From the NCBI GenBank assembly GCA_965250285.1, contig OZ252299.1:1632001-1696000 (forward strand): 64,000 nucleotides of DNA, written 5' to 3'. This DNA comes from Myxococcota bacterium. Lineage in GTDB: Bacteria; Myxococcota_A; UBA9160; UBA4427. Below, piece by piece: positions 10,373 to 21,180 of the stretch; within the stretch, counting starts at the first letter, position 1; every line of letters starts with the position of its first letter. The translations under genes and the position numbers were made by a program. A model generated the notes under the pieces. The model made no database searches, was not told the origin of the DNA, and saw nothing but the letters and a program-made list of their open reading frames with translations.

Positions 10373-11047
10373 TCACGGATTGCCCGGAAGCGCCGAGAGG
10401 GGATCGTCGGGCGGGCCCAGCAGTCGCTCGATCAATCGGCTGAGCGGGCTGCGCATGCTCGTGCCCTCGTCGATGGCGCTGAGGGCACCGACGAGGCCGG
10501 TGGCGTTCTCGCAGTCTTCCACGCGGCCGGCGGTGCAGGTGACCCCCACGGTCGATACGCGCTTCTCGAGATCTTCGGCGGCGGTGCGCACGGCAGCCTT
10601 CAAGGCGGGCGGCGTATCGTCCGCGCCGTACACGCGCGTCAGGAGCTGGTTCCAACGCACGAGCCGCGCCTGCAGTCGGGGCTCGCTGCCCGGGACGGCA
10701 CCCGCGTCGAGCGCGAGGCGGTAGTAGCCGTAGACGAGAGACGAGAGCGCCAGATAGGCCGCCCCCTCGTCGCCATCTCCCGAGCGGGTGAGCGCTGCCT
10801 CGATCTGCACCATCTGCGCCGGGTCGATGTCGCCCGCTTCGACGGCAGCGAAGAAGGCGCCGTAGCGTTCTCGAGCCGGGGCTTGACACACGGGGGTCTC
10901 GCCCGGTGCCGGCAGGGGGCAATACGCACCCACTGCGCCCGGCGGCCCCGAAGCCGAAAAGGCCGACCCGAATGGGGCGAAGACGAGCACCCACATGGCA
11001 GCGAGCGCGTACGCCGTGCGCGCCCGGCGTGAGCGTGGGAGCTGCAT
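10373..11047 (-). CDS. Hypothetical exported protein with paired cysteines
   Basis: 3' part of the 709-aa ORF has natural composition, hydrophobic leader and two Cys pairs; start uncertain. Confidence 0.6.
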   Translation of the reverse strand: MQLPRSRRARTAYALAAMWVLVFAPFGSAFSASGPPGAVGAYCPLPAPGETPVCQAPARERYGAFFAAVEAGDIDPAQMVQIEAALTRSGDGDEGAAYLALSSLVYGYYRLALDAGAVPGSEPRLQARLVRWNQLLTRVYGADDTPPALKAAVRTAAEDLEKRVSTVGVTCTAGRVEDCENATGLVGALSAIDEGTSMRSPLSRLIERLLGPPDDPLSALPGNP

Positions 11048-11071
11048 CGGAGTTGCGCTTCCCTGTGAGGC

Positions 11072-12349
11072 GTGAGCGGCGTGAGGGGCCAGGCTCGAGC
11101 CAGCGGAGGCGAGAGCCGACGAGACAGAGGGGCCGACACCGACCCGTGCACGCGCGCGAATCGGTGCGATCCTGTCTCGAAGACGCCACGAAACAAGAGC
11201 CGCTGTGGGCTCCTCCCGTGTCGGGCTCGCGGGTTGGGTCGGCAACGGGTGCTCCCGGACGAACCGTACTGGGCGCCAGAGGCGAAGGTAGAGCCGGAGG
11301 GCCGGGTGGGTCAAGGCGACTCGAAATGGGATCCGACGTGGGGCCGGGCGCGCAGCGGCCATGGTCGTCCGCCCTTCGGCGAGACGATCATCACGGCGTG
11401 GCACCTCGACCGGCCCGAGACCGAACAGACCCTCGAGACGATCGAGTGGGAGGTGCTGCGCGCGCGTCGCAGCGGCGCCTTCGTGGCGCCTGCCGGCACC
11501 GGTCGGACCCACCTGCTGCGCGTCGTTGCTGACTGGATCAATCCGGTGCAGTGGGAGTCGGTCTACGTGCCGAACCCGATGTTCGAGTACGCAGACCTGT
11601 GTCCGTACATCGCCGGACTGACGGGCGGAAGCCCATCCGATGGTGCGAACGGGCTCGAGAAGCGGCTCGAGGCGCTGTGGGCCGAGGGGCGGTCGCTGCT
11701 CCTGCTGGTTGACGACGCCGAGCACATGCCGATCGCCACCGTCGAGGCCCTGCTCGAGCTGGCCGAGCGGCACTCGCCGACCCTCGTGCTGCTCTTCGCC
11801 TGCATGAGCGGCGCGGTCGATTCGCACCCGATCTTCGGCCGCGATCGCGAGACCTTTCCAGTCGTACGGCACGAAGGTGTGCTCGCGCAGACCGAGGTCG
11901 CCGACTACCTGCGACATCGCCTCGATCGATCGGGCACCGAGCGTGCCCTGGCTGATCGCTTCGACGACACGCACTGCGCCGAGCTCCACGCGATGTCGGG
12001 TGGAATCGTCATGCGGCTGCACGCGCTGGCGCAGGTGCTTGTCGAGACGCCGGCGTCCTCGCCGGACGAAGCGTGGCAGCGCTTTCTCGATGACGACCGC
12101 GGCATCATCGAGTTCCTCGCTGACGAGCTGCCGATCCCGGAGGCGGCACCCGCGCCGAGCGACGCGCATCGGCGCGAGTCGGCGCTGCGGGCCGCCGCGG
12201 CCCACTCGGAGGGCGAGGCGCATGGACACGAGCCGACGCTCGATCCGGCGCTCGCGGGGGCCGGCCTCGAGCCCGTCACGTCGCCGGCCGCGGCGGCCGA
12301 AGCCGTGGAGCCGGGCACCGAGCCTGAAGGGCGCGAAGCACGGCGCTGA
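11072..12349 (+). CDS. Divergent ExeA-like AAA protein
   Basis: Walker A-like APAGTGRT, Walker B LLLLVDDAE, EVADYLRHRL, SGG motif as in ExeA family; true start probably downstream of 11072. Confidence 0.65.
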   Translation: MSGVRGQARASGGESRRDRGADTDPCTRANRCDPVSKTPRNKSRCGLLPCRARGLGRQRVLPDEPYWAPEAKVEPEGRVGQGDSKWDPTWGRARSGHGRPPFGETIITAWHLDRPETEQTLETIEWEVLRARRSGAFVAPAGTGRTHLLRVVADWINPVQWESVYVPNPMFEYADLCPYIAGLTGGSPSDGANGLEKRLEALWAEGRSLLLLVDDAEHMPIATVEALLELAERHSPTLVLLFACMSGAVDSHPIFGRDRETFPVVRHEGVLAQTEVADYLRHRLDRSGTERALADRFDDTHCAELHAMSGGIVMRLHALAQVLVETPASSPDEAWQRFLDDDRGIIEFLADELPIPEAAPAPSDAHRRESALRAAAAHSEGEAHGHEPTLDPALAGAGLEPVTSPAAAAEAVEPGTEPEGREARR

Positions 12350-12432
12350 GCCGGAGTCCGTGCCCGAAGGGCGCGAGGCACGGCGCTGAGCCGGAGTCCG
12401 TGCCTGAAGGGCGCGAAGCACGGCGCTGAGCC
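12322..12432 (+). repeat. 40-bp tandem repeat, about 2.8 copies, spanning the stop codon of the ExeA-like gene
   Basis: Unit GCCTGAAGGGCGCGAAGCACGGCGCTGAGCCGGAGTCCGT begins at 12322, 12362 and 12402 with few mismatches. Confidence 0.95.
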
Positions 12433-12542
12433 AGGAGGCCACGGGTACGCTCCGGAGCGCGCCGCCGGCACTCGATTCCCGGGCGTTTCGGGCACCTCCC
12501 ATCGACAGATCGCATGGGGAAGGCTACCCATCCCGCTTCTGG

Positions 12543-12619
12543 CGGGCCGTGGCGCAGCTTGGTAGCGCGCTTGACTGGGGGTCAAGAGGTCGCGGGTTCA
12601 AATCCCGCCGGCCCGACCA
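12543..12619 (+). tRNA. tRNA-Pro(GGG)
   Basis: CGGGCCG/CGGCCCG acceptor stem, anticodon arm CTTGA-CTGGGGG-TCAAG, GGTTCAAATCC, encoded CCA. Confidence 0.97.
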
Positions 12620-12952
12620 GCTTCCTCCCCCGAAACTTCGACGACCGCGCCCGCCCGGACCGCCTCGCGATCGCGCTCCGGGGGGTTCCCACGCACGGCT
12701 TCACGCGCCCGCTGGCTTTGCGGCGTGAGCTGCGGTCCAGGTCGACCGGGTGTCGTCCTTTCCCGAATCGAGCGGCGCGAGGCCCTCCGGTCGACGCAGC
12801 GATGCGGCTACGCGCTTCGACTCGACCCGTGACAGCGAGGCTGCCGCGTCGTTGATTTCGGCTCGGGGAGCGCCTGGGCGCGCCGACACACGAAAGTGCT
12901 TTTCGCCACGCGCGACCCGACGTATGTTCGATCGTACGAAAGGAGGTGCACC

Positions 12953-13570
12953 ATGACGCTTCCGATTGGGCCCCTCTCTTTGTTCCGCCCCCTCTCGTCG
13001 ATCCCGTTCTCGATCCTGATCGCGCTGATCCCGGCGCTGTTCGCCTTCGGGCTCAGCGCGTGTGACGCGCGCGATCAGGTCGACGTCTCGTCGGCGCCTC
13101 CGCCCGTGATCGTCTCGGGCCGATACGACGTCAAAGGCGTCACCCGGGCATCGGGTGCGCCCGACGGACGCCGGATCGAGGGCACGGTGATTCTGCTGCG
13201 ATCGGGCGACACCTACACTGCGACCTACGAGCTCGAGACGTTGTGGCCCGCCGAAGGCGCCGAGACGGTGGCCGATGTCGTGGGCGTCGGGGAAGGGCGC
13301 GTGAGCGGCGGGCGACTCGAGGGCGGCGCACAGACGCAGCTCGTCATCTCGACGGTGCCGGGCGTCGACCCGGGCTTTGCATTCGTACCGCGCGCGGTCA
13401 CGACGCGCATCGAATCGACGTCGGTCGCGACGGTGCGGCCCGACGGCTCGATCGAGATCGAGCTCGAGAACCACGCCGCCGAAGGCGAGGAGTACGAGCC
13501 GACGCGCACGCGGCTCGTCGGACGACGCGTGCCGGGGGGCGCCTCGCAGCCGGTGGCCTCGACGCCGTAG
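12953..13570 (+). CDS. Hypothetical lipoprotein
   Basis: AGGAGG RBS at 12941; hydrophobic leader ending in lipobox LSAC; beta-rich mature part. Confidence 0.75.
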   Translation: MTLPIGPLSLFRPLSSIPFSILIALIPALFAFGLSACDARDQVDVSSAPPPVIVSGRYDVKGVTRASGAPDGRRIEGTVILLRSGDTYTATYELETLWPAEGAETVADVVGVGEGRVSGGRLEGGAQTQLVISTVPGVDPGFAFVPRAVTTRIESTSVATVRPDGSIEIELENHAAEGEEYEPTRTRLVGRRVPGGASQPVASTP

Positions 13571-13638
13571 ACACCTCGGCGCCAGGGCACGTCGCGAGCG
13601 GAACGCCTACCGTGTGACCCCGCACGGAGGCGAACTGC

Positions 13639-14271
13639 TTGCTGCATTTCGAGTCGAGAGATCGCGCGACGATCCTGGTGCACTTCTACCGGGCGATGGT
13701 CTCGCGCGCCGATACGTGGCGTCTGCGCATGGATGCCACGACCAACTGGGCGATCGGCACCACGGCGGCAGTGGTGTCGTTTGCGCTCGGCAATCCCGAC
13801 CTGCCGCACTACGCCGTGCTGTTGGCTTCGCTCCTGACCGGCTGCTTTCTCATGCTCGAGGCCCGGCGGCTCACGTTCTACCACCTCTTTCAACAGCGTG
13901 TGCTTGCGCTCGAGCGCAGCATGGTGCGCCCCGCCATGCAGGCGGAGGCCAGCGGCTTCGACGCCGACGCCGCATCGCTCGAGGGCCTCGAGGCCGAGCT
14001 CGGGACGACCGTGCCGACGATGCCCGTCCGCAAGGCGATCGCGCGGCGACTACGGCGGGTCTACATGTACCTCTTCGCGGCGCAGTGGCTCGCGTGGATG
14101 CTGAAGCTGTCGACGCACCCCGAGCCCGCCGGATCGATCGAGGTGGCGATCTCTCGCGCGCACATGGCGGGGATCCCCGGGGCGATCTGCTTTGCGGCCT
14201 CGCTGGCCGCGCTCGCGACCGTGGCCTTCGTCGCCTTTCGATTCGGCGGCATCGACCGCACGAAGCGCTGA
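13639..14271 (+). CDS. DUF2270-like membrane protein
   Basis: HFYRAMVSRADTWRLRMDATTNWA, LEARR, ARRLRRVY motifs; TTG start after GGAGG. Confidence 0.8.
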   Translation: MLHFESRDRATILVHFYRAMVSRADTWRLRMDATTNWAIGTTAAVVSFALGNPDLPHYAVLLASLLTGCFLMLEARRLTFYHLFQQRVLALERSMVRPAMQAEASGFDADAASLEGLEAELGTTVPTMPVRKAIARRLRRVYMYLFAAQWLAWMLKLSTHPEPAGSIEVAISRAHMAGIPGAICFAASLAALATVAFVAFRFGGIDRTKR

Positions 14272-14292
14272 CGCTCGCCGCCGGGGCGGGCG

Positions 14293-15156
14293 CTATTCGG
14301 GCTGGGATCCCGCCACGCCCTTCGGTCGGTTCTTCATCGGCCCGGCTGGCAGGCGACCATCGACATCGACGAAGCCGTAGCGGCGCGCGAGCTCGAGCAC
14401 GGATACGGCGCCGCCCGAGTGCCCGACGGCCCGGTCGTCCGTCGCGAGCGCCACGACGCCGCGGCCCGAGAAGCGAGGCGACTCGGCGCCGTTCATGTCG
14501 AGCTCGGGCATGCGGTCGGCCACCACCGCGGTGCGCTCGGTGCGCACGAGCCCCGGCCAGATGCTCACGACCGAGACGCCGTGCGGCGCCAGCTCGTGCG
14601 CCATGTCGGCGGTCATCTTGTCGACGGCGGCCTTGCCCACACCGTACGCCACGTGCCAGGCATACTCGCGCGCCCCCGATGAGCTCACGTTCACGATCAG
14701 ACCGCGCCCCGCGGCGACCATCACACGCGCGGCGTGCTGGCTGGCGACGTAGGCCGAGCGCACGCCGATATCGATCATGTCGTCCCAGTTCGAGGTCGGC
14801 GTCTCCCAGAAGGGCAAGCCGCTCGTCAGCTCGGGCGAGATCTTGAACGCGTTGTTCACGAGCACATCGAGGCGGCCCGCGTCACGGGCGACGCGTTCGA
14901 AGAGCGCGGCGGTCTGCATGTCGTCGGCGTGGTCGCACGCGACGCCCACCGCGTGCCCGCCGAGCGATTCGATTTCGGCCACGGTGTCGTCGAGGGTGCC
15001 CGGCAGCGCGGCCTGACCGGGCCCGGTGGTGCGGCCCGTGACATAGACCGTGGCGCCCGCGGCGCCGAGCTCGAGGGCGCATCCCTTGCCGAGTCCCCGG
15101 GTCGCGCCGGTCACGATCGCGATCTGACCCGAGAGGGGCTGCGCGGTCGAGCTCAC
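14293..15156 (-). CDS. SDR-family oxidoreductase (DHRS1-like)
   Basis: TGATRGLG, LVNNA, YGVGK catalytic motif, SIWPG. Confidence 0.92.
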   Translation of the reverse strand: MSSTAQPLSGQIAIVTGATRGLGKGCALELGAAGATVYVTGRTTGPGQAALPGTLDDTVAEIESLGGHAVGVACDHADDMQTAALFERVARDAGRLDVLVNNAFKISPELTSGLPFWETPTSNWDDMIDIGVRSAYVASQHAARVMVAAGRGLIVNVSSSGAREYAWHVAYGVGKAAVDKMTADMAHELAPHGVSVVSIWPGLVRTERTAVVADRMPELDMNGAESPRFSGRGVVALATDDRAVGHSGGAVSVLELARRYGFVDVDGRLPAGPMKNRPKGVAGSQPE

Positions 15157-16472
15157 GAGTCGCTCGGCTCCGAGGCGATCTCGGGCAGCGTCTCACCGCC
15201 GTCCCGCCACGCCGCGCGGAGCGCATCGCGCACGTCGGGGTGGGCGACCTCGATCAGGGCCTCGGCCCGCTCGTTGACGCTGCGGTTCGCCAGCTCGGCG
15301 GCGCCGAACTCGGTGATGATCACGTCGGTCTGGTGACGTGGTGTCGTGATGAGCGTGCCAGCGGGATGCCGGGGCACGATCCGAGAGATGCGCTTGGGCG
15401 TGCTGCCGGCGGTCGAGGGCAGACAGACGAGCGAGTGTCCGCCCGGCGCGGCGATCGCGCCCGACACGAAGTCCATGTGTCCCCCGATGCCCGAGTACTG
15501 ATCGCCCTGGATCGAGTCGGCGACGATCTGCCCCTGGAGGTCGATCGAGAGCGCGCCATTGATCGAGATGAAGCTGCGATTGCGCGCGATCAATGCCGGG
15601 TCGTTCACGTGCTCGACCGGCACGAATCGCACCTCTTCGTTGCCGTCGAGCCAGTCGTAGAGCTCGCGCGTGCCCGCCGCGAAGGTCGTCGGTGAGAAGC
15701 CGTCGCAGAAGCCCTTCTTGTTGGTGACCTTGCCTGCTTTGTGCAGACGCATGAGGCCGGTGGTGAACATCTCAGAGTGCACGCCGTAGTCGCCGCCGTC
15801 GCCCTCGGAGAGCAGCTTCATCACTTCGTTCGGAATGCCCCCGATCCCCGACTGGAGCGTCGACCCGTCGTGTACGTAGTGCCGGCAGTGGGCTGCGATC
15901 GCGATGTCGACGTCGCTCGGCGGGGGCTCGTCGATCTCGAAGAGCGGGCGGTCGGTCTCGTACACGACGTCGACGGCGTCGATCGGCATCGAGTGTGGAT
16001 GGTCGGGCGGTAGCCCGACCGTGCGCGGTGCATGGGGGTTGATCTCGGCGATCACCAGACGATCGGGATCGTTCATGGCCTCGTAGAGGTCGGCCACCCC
16101 CGCCCCCGCGTGCAGCGAGAGCGAGAGTTGCCCGTGTGCGTCGGGCGGCGCGACGGTCAGGCCGATCACGCGCGGTTTCAGGTGCTCGACGCAGCGGGTG
16201 AAACCGCGAAAGTCGGCGGGTACGAACTGCACGTCGTGTCCCTGGGCGAGCAGCATGCGCTCGAGCGGACCGTAGAAACCGGCGAGCAGCGTGGTGCCCG
16301 GCCGTGTGAACAGGGCGTAGCCCCCGACCAGCAGGGCGCCGTACACCCGCAGATCGACCCAGTCGTCGCGTTCGGCCATGGCATCGAGCAGCCCACCGGG
16401 CTGGGCCGGGCCGAGGCCGATCGAGAGCACGTCGGTGGGGCGGATGTGTGCAGCGGCCTCGTGTGCGTCCAT
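15153..16472 (-). CDS. Acetyl-CoA hydrolase / 4-hydroxybutyrate CoA-transferase family
   Basis: LQSGIGGIP, GVHSEMF, SGIGGHMDF, ITEFGAAEL, LIEVAHPD. Confidence 0.9.
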   Translation of the reverse strand: MDAHEAAAHIRPTDVLSIGLGPAQPGGLLDAMAERDDWVDLRVYGALLVGGYALFTRPGTTLLAGFYGPLERMLLAQGHDVQFVPADFRGFTRCVEHLKPRVIGLTVAPPDAHGQLSLSLHAGAGVADLYEAMNDPDRLVIAEINPHAPRTVGLPPDHPHSMPIDAVDVVYETDRPLFEIDEPPPSDVDIAIAAHCRHYVHDGSTLQSGIGGIPNEVMKLLSEGDGGDYGVHSEMFTTGLMRLHKAGKVTNKKGFCDGFSPTTFAAGTRELYDWLDGNEEVRFVPVEHVNDPALIARNRSFISINGALSIDLQGQIVADSIQGDQYSGIGGHMDFVSGAIAAPGGHSLVCLPSTAGSTPKRISRIVPRHPAGTLITTPRHQTDVIITEFGAAELANRSVNERAEALIEVAHPDVRDALRAAWRDGGETLPEIASEPSDS

Positions 16473-16518
16473 CAGGGGGCGGAGCTCCTGCGCACGGGGC
16501 GTGCGCGTTCGGGTGAGT

Positions 16519-19128
16519 TCAGCGCGACGTCTCGGGGGCGTCCGAGAGCCGGACCGAGACGAGCGCATGTGCGCCGACGTCGACGTGCAGCACGCCGTCT
16601 GCGAACGAGACGGCCTCGTTCGTTGCGGTCTCGTCGAGGCGGACGCGCTCGGCCTGCCGGACGCGGTCGGCGAGTGGCGCGCCCAGGCGCACGGCGACCC
16701 GCCGCGACGACGCGGTCGGGTTGAGCAGCCGGAGTACGCTGCCCCGTCCATCCTCGGCCGGCTTGAGCGCGCTGACCTCGATGGCGGGGTCGTCGATCGA
16801 CAGCAGGGCCACATCCCCGTTTCGGCCTTCGGCCTGACCCACCGCGACGGCGTGGAGCCCGAGTTCGGCGTCAAGCGCCGCGGCCGGGTCGAGGCCCGGC
16901 GAGAGCGAGATTCGGGTTCGGATCGTCTTCAGGCACTGTGCGCCCGGAGTCGCCAGGGTCGGGCCGGCCTCGATCGGGCGCGTCTTGAGGTCGCTGCGCG
17001 AAAGCCAGCCGACCGCGCGCACGAGCGTGAAGCCGATCATGCCATCGGGCATGACTGCGGCCTCGATCAGGCCCGGGGCTGCGACCTGCAGGCCGTTGGC
17101 CGCCACGAAACCCTGTTGGGGAAACGTATCGGGCGCCGTCTGCACCCACTGCGCGTCGTCGGGCCGCGCCGTGGTGCGCTCGACCACGTCGAACGTCGTG
17201 CGCGCCGCGTAGCTGGGGGTCGGCTGCGCGGTCGGGAACCGAAGCTGAAACCGGTGGTCGCGCGCGGTGTTCTCGAACGTGACGTCGAGGTCGACGCGGG
17301 GCGAGCCGGGGATGATCGAGGCGGTGATGCGCAGGCGTGTCGAGACCGTGTCGCGCGCTCGGCGATCGCGGTCGGCGTCGAGCGCCGCCGGCAGGCGAAA
17401 GACGCGATCGACGACCAGACGCTCGATGCCGGAGGGGTGCCGTCGACGCTTGACCTCGTTTTCTTCGAGCACGAGGGGGGCATCGGCGTTCGGTTCGGCC
17501 ACTGGATCGAAGTCGTAGCTGTCGCCACGGTCTCCGATGTCGATGACCGAGCAGAGCCCTTCGAAACGGCCGCTTTCCCACTCGACGGTGAACGTGCCAT
17601 CGCGCGCGGCGTCGACACGCACGTGTTCGTTTTTGATCGTCCGGCCAGTGTCCTTCCGAGTCGCATGCGCGGCGCTGCGCGAAAGGCGCATGCGCTTGAA
17701 GCCGAACGCCGGCACGTCCTCGGCCACGAACTCGATCTCGTGCACCGGCTGGGTCTGGGTGAGCCGCGGGCGCACGGTCCCGGTGTCGCGCAGGATGCGT
17801 GCCGGACGTCCGTCGACCTCGAGACCGTCGAGCCCGAAGTTCAGGCCCAGCAGCGGCGCGATGCCGCGTCCAGTGAACGCCGGGAACCCGTCGAGCGGCA
17901 GGCGCACGCGATCGGTGCGCGGATGGGGCGAAGGATTGAAGACGGCGACGCCGATTTCGCCGGTTTCGGGGTCGACGTCGATCTGCCGGCCGACGTCGGC
18001 CCCGGCCGTGCGCTCGAGCAGGCGCTGCAGCGTCTCGGCGCCGAGGTCGAGGATCTCGTCGTAGCGGGTCGCCATGTGCTCGTGCACGCGATCCTGACTG
18101 CAGCCGCAGATCGAGTCGTGCGCCTGGTTGGGGATCAGCTGTCGCCAGGCGCTGCGCACACTGGCTCGCTCGTCGGGCCCCCCGAGCCAGCGCGCGATCT
18201 CGCAGAACGGCTCGACCCAGCCGGTCAGCAGTGTCTCGCAGCGGCGATTCGCGAGCTTGAGGTCGACGTGGGTCGACCAGACGCCGGGCAGCAGGGGCGA
18301 GACCCGGGCCCCGACCAGCTCGCCCTCGAAGCGCGCCGCCGCCGGCGTCGCCGCGCCCAGCGACCGGGCGGTGACCCCTTCGGCATACAGATCGAGCAGG
18401 CCCCGATCGACGGTCCAGCCCGTCTTCTTCGCGAGGGCTTCGGCGACGATCCGGGTGTTCGCATCGGGGGGCTGGTGGTCGATGCCGTTCATCAGCAGCA
18501 CACAGTCGCGGTCGCTCGGCTCGGCGAGCGCATGGCTCGTCTTTTCGAGTCGTTCGACGGCGGCGTCGACGTCTTCGCCCAGCCCGAACGCATTGAAGTA
18601 GCCCTTCGTCAGATGGCACGCGGCGATCTCGCTGCCGTCGGGCGCGCGCCAGATCCACTCGGCGCGCAGCGACTCGATCTCGTTCGCATGCCCGCGCCAA
18701 TAGATGAACGGATTCAGCCCGAAGCCTGTAAAGATCTGCGGGAACTGGGCGGGGTGCCCGAACGAGTCGGGGGTGTATGCGACGGTGGATGCGTCGCCGA
18801 AGTCGGCCGCGACGCGTCGACCCTCGAGCAGATTGCGGACGTGGGTCTCGCCGGCGGGAATCAACGAGTCGGGTTGGACGTACCATGGGCCGATCGCGAG
18901 CCGACCGCCGCGGCACGCGGCCTCGAGCTCGGCGCGCCGATCGGGACGGATCTCGACGTAGTCCTCGAGCACGATCGTCTGCCCGTCGAGCTGGAACGAC
19001 CAGCCGGCATCGGCGGCGAGCAGGTCGAGCACCTGATCGACGGTGTCCACGAGCCGCGCGCGGAACGCCTGGAAGGTCTTGTACCACTCCCGGTCCCAGT
19101 GCGTATGGGAGACCATCACGCAACGCAT
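16519..19128 (-). CDS. GH38 alpha-mannosidase (MngB/mannosylglycerate hydrolase-like)
   Basis: SHTHWDREWY, LDGQ, GPWYVQPD, PDSFGH, NQAHDSICGCS. Confidence 0.92.
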   Translation of the reverse strand: MRCVMVSHTHWDREWYKTFQAFRARLVDTVDQVLDLLAADAGWSFQLDGQTIVLEDYVEIRPDRRAELEAACRGGRLAIGPWYVQPDSLIPAGETHVRNLLEGRRVAADFGDASTVAYTPDSFGHPAQFPQIFTGFGLNPFIYWRGHANEIESLRAEWIWRAPDGSEIAACHLTKGYFNAFGLGEDVDAAVERLEKTSHALAEPSDRDCVLLMNGIDHQPPDANTRIVAEALAKKTGWTVDRGLLDLYAEGVTARSLGAATPAAARFEGELVGARVSPLLPGVWSTHVDLKLANRRCETLLTGWVEPFCEIARWLGGPDERASVRSAWRQLIPNQAHDSICGCSQDRVHEHMATRYDEILDLGAETLQRLLERTAGADVGRQIDVDPETGEIGVAVFNPSPHPRTDRVRLPLDGFPAFTGRGIAPLLGLNFGLDGLEVDGRPARILRDTGTVRPRLTQTQPVHEIEFVAEDVPAFGFKRMRLSRSAAHATRKDTGRTIKNEHVRVDAARDGTFTVEWESGRFEGLCSVIDIGDRGDSYDFDPVAEPNADAPLVLEENEVKRRRHPSGIERLVVDRVFRLPAALDADRDRRARDTVSTRLRITASIIPGSPRVDLDVTFENTARDHRFQLRFPTAQPTPSYAARTTFDVVERTTARPDDAQWVQTAPDTFPQQGFVAANGLQVAAPGLIEAAVMPDGMIGFTLVRAVGWLSRSDLKTRPIEAGPTLATPGAQCLKTIRTRISLSPGLDPAAALDAELGLHAVAVGQAEGRNGDVALLSIDDPAIEVSALKPAEDGRGSVLRLLNPTASSRRVAVRLGAPLADRVRQAERVRLDETATNEAVSFADGVLHVDVGAHALVSVRLSDAPETSR

Positions 19129-19213
19129 CGCCGGCGCTCCTGTTCGCGTCCCACTGGGTTCCCGCCCATGCTGCCATGAACACGGCGCGCTCGCGAGGCG
19201 GGCCGGCTGAAGC

Positions 19214-19771
19214 TCACTGGCCCGCCGGCGCGATGGCCACGACGCTGTAGGCGACGGCATCGCGCGGCCCGGGGTTGTGATACGCGTGCTTCTGATCGCC
19301 GCGAAACACGACCACGTCGCCCGGAGCGAGGTCGAAGGTCTCACCGCCCGCCGAGAGCACGACGCTGCCACGCTCGCAGGTCAGATACTCGCGCGTGCCC
19401 GGGGTGTGGGGCACACCGCGCAGGTGCGAGCCCGCAGGCAGGTCCATTCGCTCGATCTCGAGACCGGCCAGCTTCTCGGGCAGCAGCCGTCGCACGGTCA
19501 CACCCGTGCGCGTGCGCGCGTGCAGCTCGTCCTTGCGGTAGATGCGGCCGACCTGGCGGGGTGGCCCGATCAGCTCTTCGATCGACACCTGCAGGGCCGA
19601 AGCCACCTTCACGAGCACGGCGAGGGTCGGGTTCGAAGAGCCCGACTCGAGCGTGGCCCACGTCGGACGGGGCACGCTCGAGAGCTGCGAGGCCTGCTCC
19701 TGGGTCAGTCCACGCGCTTCGCGCAGCTGGCGAATGTTCTCGGCGAGATTGAGCGCGACATCCCGGGCCAT
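19214..19771 (-). CDS. XRE-family HTH regulator with C-terminal cupin domain
   Basis: NIRQLREARGLTQEQ...LESGSSNPTL HTH; HTPGTREY and GDQKHAY cupin motifs. Confidence 0.9.
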   Translation of the reverse strand: MARDVALNLAENIRQLREARGLTQEQASQLSSVPRPTWATLESGSSNPTLAVLVKVASALQVSIEELIGPPRQVGRIYRKDELHARTRTGVTVRRLLPEKLAGLEIERMDLPAGSHLRGVPHTPGTREYLTCERGSVVLSAGGETFDLAPGDVVVFRGDQKHAYHNPGPRDAVAYSVVAIAPAGQ

Positions 19772-19836
19772 GACGACAGCATACCGGGCCTGTCGCAGAA
19801 CGGGCCAAATTGTCGATGCGTCGACAGCTGGCTCGT

Positions 19837-21105
<1,269 letters not shown>

Positions 21106-21180
21106 GGGGGCTCCTGTGGATCGGGTCGCTCGTGGGGTGCGACCCGGTCGAGGCTAGCAGGGCCATCCGCACGCACGGGG

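Noticed and set aside
12322..12432. Possible mini-CRISPR array
   Set aside because: The segments between repeat cores are identical and short, so it is a plain tandem repeat; no cas genes in the window
16378..19179. 933-aa plus-strand ORF and other long antisense ORFs (57905-60214, 41437-43326, 62045-63832, 53409-55385)
   Set aside because: Shadow frames of well-supported genes on the opposite strand, expected at high GC; no recognisable motifs
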